The notes under the pieces were generated by a model. The model made no database searches, was not told the DNA's origin, and saw only the letters and a program-made list of their open reading frames with translations. Source: Candidatus Omnitrophota bacterium (GTDB lineage: Bacteria; Omnitrophota; Gorgyraeia; Zapsychrales; Fredricksoniimonadaceae). From it: a stretch of 64,000 nucleotides of DNA. The stretch lies in assembly GCA_044225175.1 (NCBI GenBank), contig JBGAJA010000002.1, positions 82,917-146,916 on the forward strand. The letters run 5' to 3'. Shown here piece after piece: positions 1-8,097 of this stretch (the first letter of the stretch is position 1; each line of letters starts with the position of its first letter). A program made the position numbers and the translations under genes.

Positions 1-1152
1 AAATTTATTAGAAAATGCCATCAGAATATTTCCACGTATTCTTGCTTGGAGATTCTCTTCTGCGATATTGACAGCTAATGTTCTAAAGTGTTTTCTCAAT
101 ACGGTTAAATACACTTGATGAATGGCTTTGATTGGAATTTCTTTAAATTCAATACCAAGGTTACTAGCTATTATTCTTGCATCCTTCTTGGTTGCCTTGC
201 TGTTAAATCGAGAGGGCATGGAAATTGCAGTGACATTCTCAGCCCCTAGAGCATCAACCGCAATGAGAGCGACCAGAGCCGAATCAATCCCGCCGCTTAA
301 TCCCAAAGCAACCTTCATAAAACCATTCTTGGCTACATAATCTTTTGTTCCAAGCACAAGCGCCTGATAAATCTCTTCATTCTCATCTAATGCTTCAGCT
401 GAAGAAGCTGGCGTTCCATTTAAATCGCAAATAAGCAACTCTTCTTTGAATTGTTTGGCTTGAGCAATGATATTTCCCTGTACATTGACAACCATACTTG
501 CCCCATCAAAAACAAGCTCATCTTGTCCTCCAACCAAATTACAATAAACAACTGTAGTTTTTGTTTCTTTAGCCCTACGAACTAACAGGTCTTGGCGCTT
601 CTTTAACTTTCCTGCTTCAAAAGGTGAACAAGAAATATTAATAAGGACTTTGGCCCCTGCTTTGGCTTGTTTTAGATAGATACTATTGTTGATCCAAATG
701 TCTTCACAAATAGAAATTCCAACCTTACAGCCTTCGATGGTAACCACCCCATCATTAGAGGCAGGTTTTCCTGGAAAGAAGTATCTCTTTTCGTCAAAAA
801 CTCCGTAATTAGGAAGTTCTTTCTTATGATAAATGCTTGTGATCTTGCTTTCTTGAATAATGGCTGCGGCATTATAAATCTTACCCTGATTATCCATATC
901 GACAAATCCTACAATGGCTGTAATTCCCTGAATCTTTTTAGCCAAGGAAGAAATTGTTTTAAGGTTATTCTCAATGAAATGGATTTTTAAAAGGAGGTCC
1001 TCTGGGGGATAACCACAAATCGTCAGCTCCGGAAATACGACCACATGAGCTTTGGCTTTCTTAGCCCAATTGACATGATCAAGGATCAATGCCCCATTGC
1101 CTGAAAAATCTCCAACGGTTGTATTAATTTGAGCAATGGCAATTTTTAACAT
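1..1152 (-). CDS. nadE: Glutamine-dependent NAD+ synthetase (partial, runs off left edge)
   Basis: Not in the ORF track. Manual translation from ATG at 1152 gives MLKIAIAQINTTVGDFSGN..VFPELTICGYPPEDLL (nitrilase-like glutaminase domain), LPNYGVFDEKRYF, ICEDIW and then the synthetase motif LGLSGGIDSALVA. Confidence 0.93.
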   Translation of the reverse strand, partial: MLKIAIAQINTTVGDFSGNGALILDHVNWAKKAKAHVVVFPELTICGYPPEDLLLKIHFIENNLKTISSLAKKIQGITAIVGFVDMDNQGKIYNAAAIIQESKITSIYHKKELPNYGVFDEKRYFFPGKPASNDGVVTIEGCKVGISICEDIWINNSIYLKQAKAGAKVLINISCSPFEAGKLKKRQDLLVRRAKETKTTVVYCNLVGGQDELVFDGASMVVNVQGNIIAQAKQFKEELLICDLNGTPASSAEALDENEEIYQALVLGTKDYVAKNGFMKVALGLSGGIDSALVALIAVDALGAENVTAISMPSRFNSKATKKDARIIASNLGIEFKEIPIKAIHQVYLTVLRKHFRTLAVNIAEENLQARIRGNILMAFSNKF

Positions 1153-1155
1153 GGT

Positions 1156-1854
1156 TTATTTAATGATCCCCAAAAAATTCTCATAAAGACGGTTTGCTTG
1201 AGATCGAAATTGTTGTTCATAACGGACATAATCATTGAGCATGTTCTGAGCATGCTCTGGTCTTCCTGGAAGATCGTTTTGGCAATATTCATCACACCAT
1301 TCTTTAATGCTTTTATCTGTGACTTCGACGTGGAATTGCAAACCATAAGCATTTGCGCCCACTTTGATGGCTTGATGAGGACAACCTTGGGCCGTTGCTA
1401 ACAAATTACCCTCGGATGGTATCTCAAACATATCTCCATGCCAATGATAAATAGGTTCGTTTTCTTTAAAACCTTTAAATAACGGATCTTTCTGCCCTTC
1501 GGGAGTTAACTGGACATTGTACCAGCCAATTTCTTTGACGGGAGATTTGACGACCTTAGCACCTGCGGCTTTGGCTAAAAGCTGCGAGCCTAAACAAATC
1601 CCTAAGAAAGGAATTTGCTTCTTTAAAACTTCTTGAATAAAAATGTGCTCCTGAACTAAGAAGGGATACTGGTTTTCTTCGTAAACATTCATGGGTCCGC
1701 CAAGAACAACAACAGCACTAATGTCAGAGAAATCCTCAGGAAGAATTTCCCCTTCCCCTAAATCTATTATTCGATAAGGAATCTTTCTTTCATCCAGAAA
1801 TTCCCCCAATGTCCCAGGGCCTTCGATATCGATATGTTTGACGATTAAAATCAT
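1156..1854 (-). CDS. Class I glutamine amidotransferase-like protein
   Basis: LGGPM, GICLGSQ (nucleophile Cys) and QFHVE (His-Glu) motifs. Confidence 0.9.
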   Translation of the reverse strand: MILIVKHIDIEGPGTLGEFLDERKIPYRIIDLGEGEILPEDFSDISAVVVLGGPMNVYEENQYPFLVQEHIFIQEVLKKQIPFLGICLGSQLLAKAAGAKVVKSPVKEIGWYNVQLTPEGQKDPLFKGFKENEPIYHWHGDMFEIPSEGNLLATAQGCPHQAIKVGANAYGLQFHVEVTDKSIKEWCDEYCQNDLPGRPEHAQNMLNDYVRYEQQFRSQANRLYENFLGIIK

Positions 1855-1908
1855 AGCAAGATATTACCATGAAATTCTAAAATCGCATTTTCGATTTTCA
1901 TGGTAATT

Positions 1909-1943
1909 AAAAAGGGGCGGATAAAATTTATCCACCCCTTTTT
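1909..1943 (-). terminator. Intrinsic terminator after glnA (could act in both directions)
   Basis: AAAAAGGGGCGGATAAA..TTTATCCACCCCTTTTT inverted repeat with A and T tracts on both sides. Confidence 0.75.
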
Positions 1944-1961
1944 ATGTTATCGATTCATTGA

Positions 1962-4106
1962 TTATGCATTCATCAAAAGCATTTCTGCATAAGAAGGAAC
2001 AGGCCAAATGGCTTGTGGCACATATGCTTCTAAGGCATCAATGGATTGACGCAATTTGCTCATGGCTGCATTGGTTTTAGCGGAATCGTGTTTGGCTATT
2101 CCAGCTTCCAAAGCATCACAGGTTGTAAGAGCATCATCAATCAAACCAGAGATTGTCTTTAAGATTTTCTTTTGAGCAATCATCTTACCTGCAGCACCGA
2201 CTGTTCTAACATTCTCTGCTAACTCTCTTTGATATTCAATTGCAGCTGGAATCAACTGTGTGCGAGCCATGGTTAAAGCACAGTTACCTTCCAAGGCAAT
2301 GACTGTATTGTAAGCATGGACGTTGATTTCGTAACGAGAAGCAACTTCTTTGGCAGAAAGAACACTGTGTTTAACCAACACATCAATATTCTTTTTAGCT
2401 TTAAGAACTTCTAAAGCTTCAGGAGTTGTTTTCATGTTAGGAAGTCCGCGTTTCTTTGCTTCTTTGTGCCAATCAGCGGTGTAACCATCGCCATTAAACA
2501 GCACGCGTTTATGTTTCTTGATGATCTCTTGTAAGATCTTTTGAAGGCTGGCATTGAATTCTTTACCAGCTTTTTTATCTGCTTCTAATTGATCGGCAAT
2601 CTCACTCATCGCTTGAGCGACAATGGTGTTTAACACAGTATTTGCTGCGGAAGGATTTTGATTTGAACCAACAGCGCGGAATTCAAACTTAGCACCCGTG
2701 AAAGCAAATGGTGAGGTGCGGTTACGATCTGTTGTGTCCTTAGCTAATGAAGGAAGTGAATCAACACCGACGTGGATACTGCCTCCTTCGCGTGAAGATT
2801 TAGCCCCACCTTTTTCAATTTGCTCAACGATATCAAATAATTGATCGCCTAAGAAAATGGAAACGATAGCTGGAGGAGCTTCGTTTGCACCTAAGCGGTG
2901 ATCATTACCAGCGGTTGCAACAGTCATACGAAGAAGATCTGCGTATGTATCAACGGCCTTAATAATGGCACAAAGGGTTGTTAAAAATTTAGCATTTTCA
3001 TGAGGAGTTTTTCCAGGATATAACCAATTTTTGCCATCAGGACCGACGACAGACCAGTTATTGTGTTTACCAGAACCATTGATGCCGGCAAATGGTTTTT
3101 CATGAAGCAAACATGTTAGCCCATGTTTATCAGCTAACTGTCTCATGATTTCCATGGCCATCATGTTGTGATCAACACCTGTGTTTAAATCTTCATAGAT
3201 TGGAGCCATTTCGTATTGAGCGGGAGCAACTTCATTGTGACGTGTCTTGGAAGGAATGCCTAAGCCCCATAGTGTACGGTCCAAATCTTCCATGAAAGCC
3301 ATTACTCGAGGTTTAATTGCCCCAAAATAATGATCTTCTTGTTGCTGGTGTTTAGCTGGTGTGCGTCCGAATAATGTTCGTCCGGTTTGAACCAAGTCTA
3401 AACGAGCTTGATAATGAGCTTTATCAATTAGGAAATATTCTTGTTCTGGTCCTAAGGTGCAGTAGGCACGTTTGCCTTTAACATCAATTCCAAAAAGGCT
3501 TGCTAAACGGCAGACTTGCTTGGATAAAGCATCCATAGAACGCAATAATGGGGTCTTTTTGTCTAAGGCTTCCCCATGATAACCAATGTAGAAGGTTGGA
3601 ATGCAAAGTGTAGCACCTTCTGGACCTTCTTTAATGAAGGCAGGAGAGGTTGGATCCCAGCCGGTATAACCACGAGCTTCGAATGTTGCACGTAAACCAC
3701 CTGAAGGAAAAGAGGATGCATCAGGTTCGCCTTGAATCAATTCTTTACCAGAGAAGGTTAAAGAAATACCGCCTTGATCGTTCCAGCTGATGAAAGAATC
3801 ATGTTTTTCAGCCGTTGTACCGGTCAGAGGCTGAAACCAATGTGTAAAGTGGGTTGCACCTTTGGAAATTGCCCAATTCTTCATGGCTTCGGCTACTTCA
3901 TCGGCAATTGTTGCATCTAACTTGCCGCCTTCTTTGATTGTTTTCTCAATCGAAGAATAAGCTTTGGGTGATAAAACTTCCTTCATCACCTTCAAATTGA
4001 ATACATTTTGACCGAAATTTGCTGGCAAATTGCTGGCGAACGTGCCATCACAGCAGCATCCTTCATCAGCACAAGCGTCTATTACTTCTTTACGTCCTTG
4101 ACTCAT
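1962..4106 (-). CDS. glnA: Glutamine synthetase type III
   Basis: 714 aa. [68 protein letters not shown] and [12 protein letters not shown] are GSIII motifs. Confidence 0.95.
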   Translation of the reverse strand: MSQGRKEVIDACADEGCCCDGTFASNLPANFGQNVFNLKVMKEVLSPKAYSSIEKTIKEGGKLDATIADEVAEAMKNWAISKGATHFTHWFQPLTGTTAEKHDSFISWNDQGGISLTFSGKELIQGEPDASSFPSGGLRATFEARGYTGWDPTSPAFIKEGPEGATLCIPTFYIGYHGEALDKKTPLLRSMDALSKQVCRLASLFGIDVKGKRAYCTLGPEQEYFLIDKAHYQARLDLVQTGRTLFGRTPAKHQQQEDHYFGAIKPRVMAFMEDLDRTLWGLGIPSKTRHNEVAPAQYEMAPIYEDLNTGVDHNMMAMEIMRQLADKHGLTCLLHEKPFAGINGSGKHNNWSVVGPDGKNWLYPGKTPHENAKFLTTLCAIIKAVDTYADLLRMTVATAGNDHRLGANEAPPAIVSIFLGDQLFDIVEQIEKGGAKSSREGGSIHVGVDSLPSLAKDTTDRNRTSPFAFTGAKFEFRAVGSNQNPSAANTVLNTIVAQAMSEIADQLEADKKAGKEFNASLQKILQEIIKKHKRVLFNGDGYTADWHKEAKKRGLPNMKTTPEALEVLKAKKNIDVLVKHSVLSAKEVASRYEINVHAYNTVIALEGNCALTMARTQLIPAAIEYQRELAENVRTVGAAGKMIAQKKILKTISGLIDDALTTCDALEAGIAKHDSAKTNAAMSKLRQSIDALEAYVPQAIWPVPSYAEMLLMNA

Positions 4107-4150
4107 AATGTAATCCCCCTGTTGTTAGGTTGAAGTTAAATATGTCCATA

Positions 4151-4259
4151 AAAGAAAAAGTCCCCCTTGAAATCTAACCAACTTTGGTATTTCAAGGAGG
4201 ACTTCTTTGCCCTCTAAACTTAAGGCCTAAATAATAATTAATACGCTTAAATCTGTCAA
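4151..4259 (-). promoter_or_regulatory. glnA promoter and ANTAR-type attenuator leader
   Basis: TTGACA(4259-4254)-17-TATTAT(4236-4231). Hairpin GGGC-AAAGAA-GTCC (4212-4199) overlaps the terminator 5' arm. Hairpin ACC-AAAGTT-GGT (4188-4177). Terminator stem 4204-4158 followed by a U tract. Confidence 0.8.
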
Positions 4260-4290
4260 GAAAAAATTCCTTGAACGACCTAAAGGGCTG

Positions 4291-4632
4291 TTATCCAATG
4301 GCTTTTGAACCTTCTTCGCCGGTGCGGATGCGAATGGCACGAGGCAAATCAAGGACGAAAATCTTGCCGTCTCCGATTTTTCCTGTGCGCGCACCTTTGA
4401 TAATCGCCTTAATTGTAGGCTCCACGTAGTCGTCATTGACGGCTATTTCCACTTGGATTTTACGAAGAAGATTACCTGTTTCTTTGACCCCGCGATAAAA
4501 TTCATCAACACCAATTTGGCGGCCATGACCTAAGACTTCCAAGACAGTAATTAAACTCACTTGAGCTTCATATAATGCAGTTTTCACATCTTCGAGCCTG
4601 TGCGGCTGGATGATTGCGATGATTAATTTCAT
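4291..4632 (-). CDS. glnK: PII nitrogen regulatory protein (copy 1)
   Basis: [26 protein letters not shown] and IRIRTGE motifs; lies downstream of amtB. Confidence 0.95.
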   Translation of the reverse strand: MKLIIAIIQPHRLEDVKTALYEAQVSLITVLEVLGHGRQIGVDEFYRGVKETGNLLRKIQVEIAVNDDYVEPTIKAIIKGARTGKIGDGKIFVLDLPRAIRIRTGEEGSKAIG

Positions 4633-4653
4633 TTAAAATCCTCCGTATTATTC

Positions 4654-4710
4654 GTAGGGGCGACCCTTGCGGTCGCCTTATTATTGGGCAGGTGCTAGAC
4701 CTGCCCCTAC
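4654..4710. repeat. GTAG-type REP doublet (REPIN-like)
   Basis: GTAGGGGCGACC..GGTCGCC followed by the inverted unit GGGCAGGT..ACCTGCCCCTAC. Confidence 0.75.
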
Positions 4711-4716
4711 GATTAT

Positions 4717-5955
4717 TTAATCCAAAATCGTATATGCACGTTCATGGTGTTGTGTTAAATCTAATCCCATGATTTCATCTTCGGCGCTCACGCGCATACG
4801 AATGATCTTATCGGTCACGAAGCAAATAATCCATGTCATCACGCCACAATACAAAACAGCAACGACGGCACATTTTAATTGGATAAAGAATTGCTGCGGA
4901 TTACCCAGAAACATGCCATCTGCTCCAGCAGGATTAACTGCTTTGGTGCCGATTAATCCAATGGCTAATACTCCCCAAAATCCACTCACTCCATGAACAC
5001 CAAAAGCATCTAGCGTGTCGTCGAATTTAAATTTCTGTTTAAATGAGCTGATTGCAAAGAAACTTAAAAGACTTGCTCCTGCACCAACAATCAAAGCTCC
5101 TTGAAAATCAACAAACCCGCAAGAAGGGGTGATTGCAACTAACCCTGCAACTGCTCCTGAAATGGATCCGTACATCGTTGGTTTTCCGGATAAAGCCCAT
5201 TCTAATATGGCCCACACCACAACAGCTGCACTCGCTGCAGCATTTGTTGTAATAAAAGCATTCACCGCAACGCCATTGGCTCCTAAAGCAGAGCCCGCAT
5301 TAAATCCTAACCATCCAAACCACAGCAAACATCCTCCCATGACAACCATAGGAATATTATGCAGACTTGGTTTTGAAACTCCAATTCTCTTGCCTAAGTA
5401 AATGGCTGTAATCAACCCTGCAACTCCACAATTGATTTCAATGACAGTTCCTCCCGCAAAATCCAAAAGGCCCCAGCCACGAAATAAACCGCCTGTCCCC
5501 CAAGCCATATGAGCCATAGGACAATACACAAAAGTAAGCCATAGCACTGTGAACAATAAGAATGCAGAGAATTTAACACGTTCCGCATAAGAACCCACAA
5601 TAATGGCAGGAGTAATAACCGCAAACATGCATTGGAAGATCATAAATGCACTATGTGGAATAGTTGCGGAATAATCGGGGTTGGCATCTGCTCCAACTCC
5701 TTTAAGCATTAACCAATCAAATCCTCCAAAGAGCCAATTGCCTGTTGAAAAAGCCAAACTATACCCATACATACCCCATATAATACTAATCACAGCCAAG
5801 CAGGCCATGCACTGCATCAAAATACCTAGAACGTTTTTACGACGAACCATTCCTCCATAAAAGAACCCTAACGCGGGCGTCATAAGTAACACCAAAGCAG
5901 CTGACACTAACACCCATGCCGTATCCCCGGCACTGATTTGATTGACTGAATCCAT
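4717..5955 (-). CDS. amtB: Ammonium transporter (copy 1, first pore His replaced by Glu)
   Basis: GDTAWVL, FYGGMVR, FQCMFAVIT, DFAGGTV, LLWFGWLGFNAGS and DDTLDAFGVHG motifs. Confidence 0.95.
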   Translation of the reverse strand: MDSVNQISAGDTAWVLVSAALVLLMTPALGFFYGGMVRRKNVLGILMQCMACLAVISIIWGMYGYSLAFSTGNWLFGGFDWLMLKGVGADANPDYSATIPHSAFMIFQCMFAVITPAIIVGSYAERVKFSAFLLFTVLWLTFVYCPMAHMAWGTGGLFRGWGLLDFAGGTVIEINCGVAGLITAIYLGKRIGVSKPSLHNIPMVVMGGCLLWFGWLGFNAGSALGANGVAVNAFITTNAAASAAVVVWAILEWALSGKPTMYGSISGAVAGLVAITPSCGFVDFQGALIVGAGASLLSFFAISSFKQKFKFDDTLDAFGVHGVSGFWGVLAIGLIGTKAVNPAGADGMFLGNPQQFFIQLKCAVVAVLYCGVMTWIICFVTDKIIRMRVSAEDEIMGLDLTQHHERAYTILD

Positions 5956-6016
5956 ATAGATACTTCTCCTTCATACCATTCTCCATTTGACCTAGTTCTC
6001 CGTCGGCGGATCCTGT

Positions 6017-6163
6017 GGCATCTATGCCTTATAAAAACAAAGAAGCTCAGAGATGTTCTCTTTGAAAGAACATCTCTGAGCTTCTTCGCTCTTATTAATT
6101 GAAGACCTCATTGCCCCCAATCCAATTGAGGGCAATGATATCGTCAAAATTTTGAAATGTCAA
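6017..6163 (-). promoter_or_regulatory. amtB1 promoter and ANTAR-type dual-hairpin attenuator
   Basis: TTGACA(6163-6158)-17-TATCAT(6140-6135). Hairpins GGC-AATGAG-GTC (6115-6104) and GAGC-GAAGAA-GCTC (6091-6078); the second overlaps a perfect 19-bp terminator stem (6085-6041) with a U tract. Extra hairpin GGC-ATAGAT-GCC (6028-6017). Confidence 0.85.
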
Positions 6164-6191
6164 GTAAGGGCGTATTGCAATACGCCCTTAC
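6164..6191. repeat. REP-like palindrome
   Basis: GTAAGGGCGTATTGCAATACGCCCTTAC, a perfect 28-bp palindrome. Confidence 0.75.
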
Positions 6192-6193
6192 AA

Positions 6194-6535
6194 TTATCCG
6201 ATTGCTTTAGAACCTTCTTCACCAGTACGGATACGAATCGCACGAGGAAGATCCAAGATAAAGATCTTTCCATCGCCGATTTTTCCTGTACGAGCACCTT
6301 TGATAATGGCTTTGATCGTTGGTTCCACATAATCTTCGTTCACTGCAATTTCAATTTGGATCTTACGAAGAAGATTACCTGTTTCTTTGACTCCGCGATA
6401 AAATTCATCGACTCCAACTTGACGGCCATGGCCCAGAACTTCCATAACTGTAATTAAGTTTACATCTGCCGCGTATAGCTCTTTTTTAACATCTTCGAGT
6501 CTATGGGGCTGTATGATTGCAATCACTAATTTCAT
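6194..6535 (-). CDS. glnK: PII nitrogen regulatory protein (copy 2)
   Basis: Near-identical to 4291..4632, same PII motifs. Confidence 0.95.
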   Translation of the reverse strand: MKLVIAIIQPHRLEDVKKELYAADVNLITVMEVLGHGRQVGVDEFYRGVKETGNLLRKIQIEIAVNEDYVEPTIKAIIKGARTGKIGDGKIFILDLPRAIRIRTGEEGSKAIG

Positions 6536-6564
6536 TTAAAATCCTCCTTGATTTATATATTGAT

Positions 6565-6592
6565 GTACGGGCACCGCATGCCGTGCCCCTAC
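6565..6592. repeat. REP-like palindrome
   Basis: GTACGGGCACCGCATGCCGTGCCCCTAC; near-identical inverted copy at 23401-23429. Confidence 0.75.
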
Positions 6593-6593
6593 G

Positions 6594-7844
6594 TTAATCT
6601 AAAATCGTATACGCACGTTCATGATGTTGTGTTAAATCAAGACCCATGACTTCATCTTCTTGAGATACACGAAGACCCATGACTTTATCAATTGCAAAAC
6701 AGATAATCCAAGTGGCGATTGCGGTGTAACCAATTGTGACTGAGCAAGCCACGAATTGATTCCACAATTGAGCCCCATTACCTAATAAAAGACCATCTGC
6801 ACCAGCACCATTGACTAACTTGGTTGCAAAGATACCTGTTGCCAAAGCACCCCATAACCCGCCGATACCATGGATACCGAAAGCATCGAGTGTGTCATCA
6901 TAACCAAACTTCGGTTTTACATAAGCAACCATGCAATAGCAGAAGATGCTAACTAAGAAACCAATCCATAAAGAACCACCGATGTCGACGAAACCGCAAG
7001 CAGGAGTAATTGCAACCAACCCTGCAACTGCACCGGAGACGACACCAACCATTGTTGGTTTTCCTGCAAAGATCCATTCCATCAAAGCCCAGCTAAGTGC
7101 AGCAGCAGCTGTGGCTGTGTTGGTTGTGACAAATGCATGAGCTGCTAAACCACTTGCACCTAAAGCAGAACCTGCATTGAAACCAAACCATCCAAACCAG
7201 AGTAAAGCAGCACCAATCACAATAAAAGGAACATTGTGCATACCTGGCTTTTCGGTATGACCAATACGCTTACCTAAATATAAGGCTGTAACCAAACCTG
7301 CAATACCTGCGTTGATATGAACAACAGTACCGCCAGCAAAGTCTAAGGCGCCTAAACCACGTAAGAACCCGCCAACACCCCAAACCATGTGTGCAATTGG
7401 GCAATAGACTAAAAGCAACCATAATGCGGTAAAAACTAAGAATGCAGAAAACTTCATACGTTCAGCAAAGGATCCAATAATGAGCGCTGGTGTAATGACC
7501 GCAAACATACATTGGAAGATCATAAAAGCCAAATGAGGAATGGTCGCTGCATAATCAGCGTTAGCATCTTGTCCAACACCTTTAAGCATAAACCAATCTA
7601 AACCACCCATAAAGGCGCTTCCCTTACCAAATGCTAAACTGTAACCTATTACCACCCATAAAATACTCACCAAAGCCAAGCACACAAAACATTGCATAAA
7701 AACACCTAAGATGTTCTTACGTCTAACCATACCTCCGTAAAATAAAGCGAGTGCTGGAACTGTCATCAACAAAACTAGTGCAGTTGATGCCAATACCCAT
7801 GCCGTGTCCCCGGCATTGATTGGATTTACTATTGTTGTATCCAT
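6594..7844 (-). CDS. amtB: Ammonium transporter (copy 2, canonical twin-His)
   Basis: DFAGGTVVHINAG, LLWFGWFGFNAGS and DDTLDAFGIHG motifs. Confidence 0.96.
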   Translation of the reverse strand: MDTTIVNPINAGDTAWVLASTALVLLMTVPALALFYGGMVRRKNILGVFMQCFVCLALVSILWVVIGYSLAFGKGSAFMGGLDWFMLKGVGQDANADYAATIPHLAFMIFQCMFAVITPALIIGSFAERMKFSAFLVFTALWLLLVYCPIAHMVWGVGGFLRGLGALDFAGGTVVHINAGIAGLVTALYLGKRIGHTEKPGMHNVPFIVIGAALLWFGWFGFNAGSALGASGLAAHAFVTTNTATAAAALSWALMEWIFAGKPTMVGVVSGAVAGLVAITPACGFVDIGGSLWIGFLVSIFCYCMVAYVKPKFGYDDTLDAFGIHGIGGLWGALATGIFATKLVNGAGADGLLLGNGAQLWNQFVACSVTIGYTAIATWIICFAIDKVMGLRVSQEDEVMGLDLTQHHERAYTILD

Positions 7845-7875
7845 TTACTTCCTCCTTGATTGTTTGTTAAACAAT

Positions 7876-8088
7876 AAAAAAGCCCAATTCCCCGCAACCT
7901 TTTTGCGAAAAATTGGACCTCTGTGTCCCGTAGGCATCATAGCCTAAATAAAAAATCCTCTTAAAGGAGTTTCATTACTTCCTTAAAGAGGACTATCTTT
8001 GCCCTTACTTCTTACTTCACGCCCAAAACATCTTTGCTTTGAGCTAAATAACTGGTGCAAATATATCTGATGCTTTTGGCTTTGTCAA
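7876..8088 (-). promoter_or_regulatory. amtB2 promoter and tandem ANTAR-type attenuators (two terminators)
   Basis: TTGACA(8088-8083)-17-TATATT(8065-8060). Hairpins AGC-AAAGAT-GTT, GGGC-AAAGATA-GTCC, AGT-AATGAA-ACT, TAGGC-TATGAT-GCCTA and GGAC-ACAGAG-GTCC. Terminators at 7993-7946 and 7919-7876. Confidence 0.82.
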
Positions 8089-8097
8089 ATTGTTTTT

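Noticed and set aside
122-1401. Short ORFs 122..340, 672..905, 1146..1352 and 1198..1401
   Set aside because: They are alternative-frame or antisense shadows of nadE and the GATase gene.
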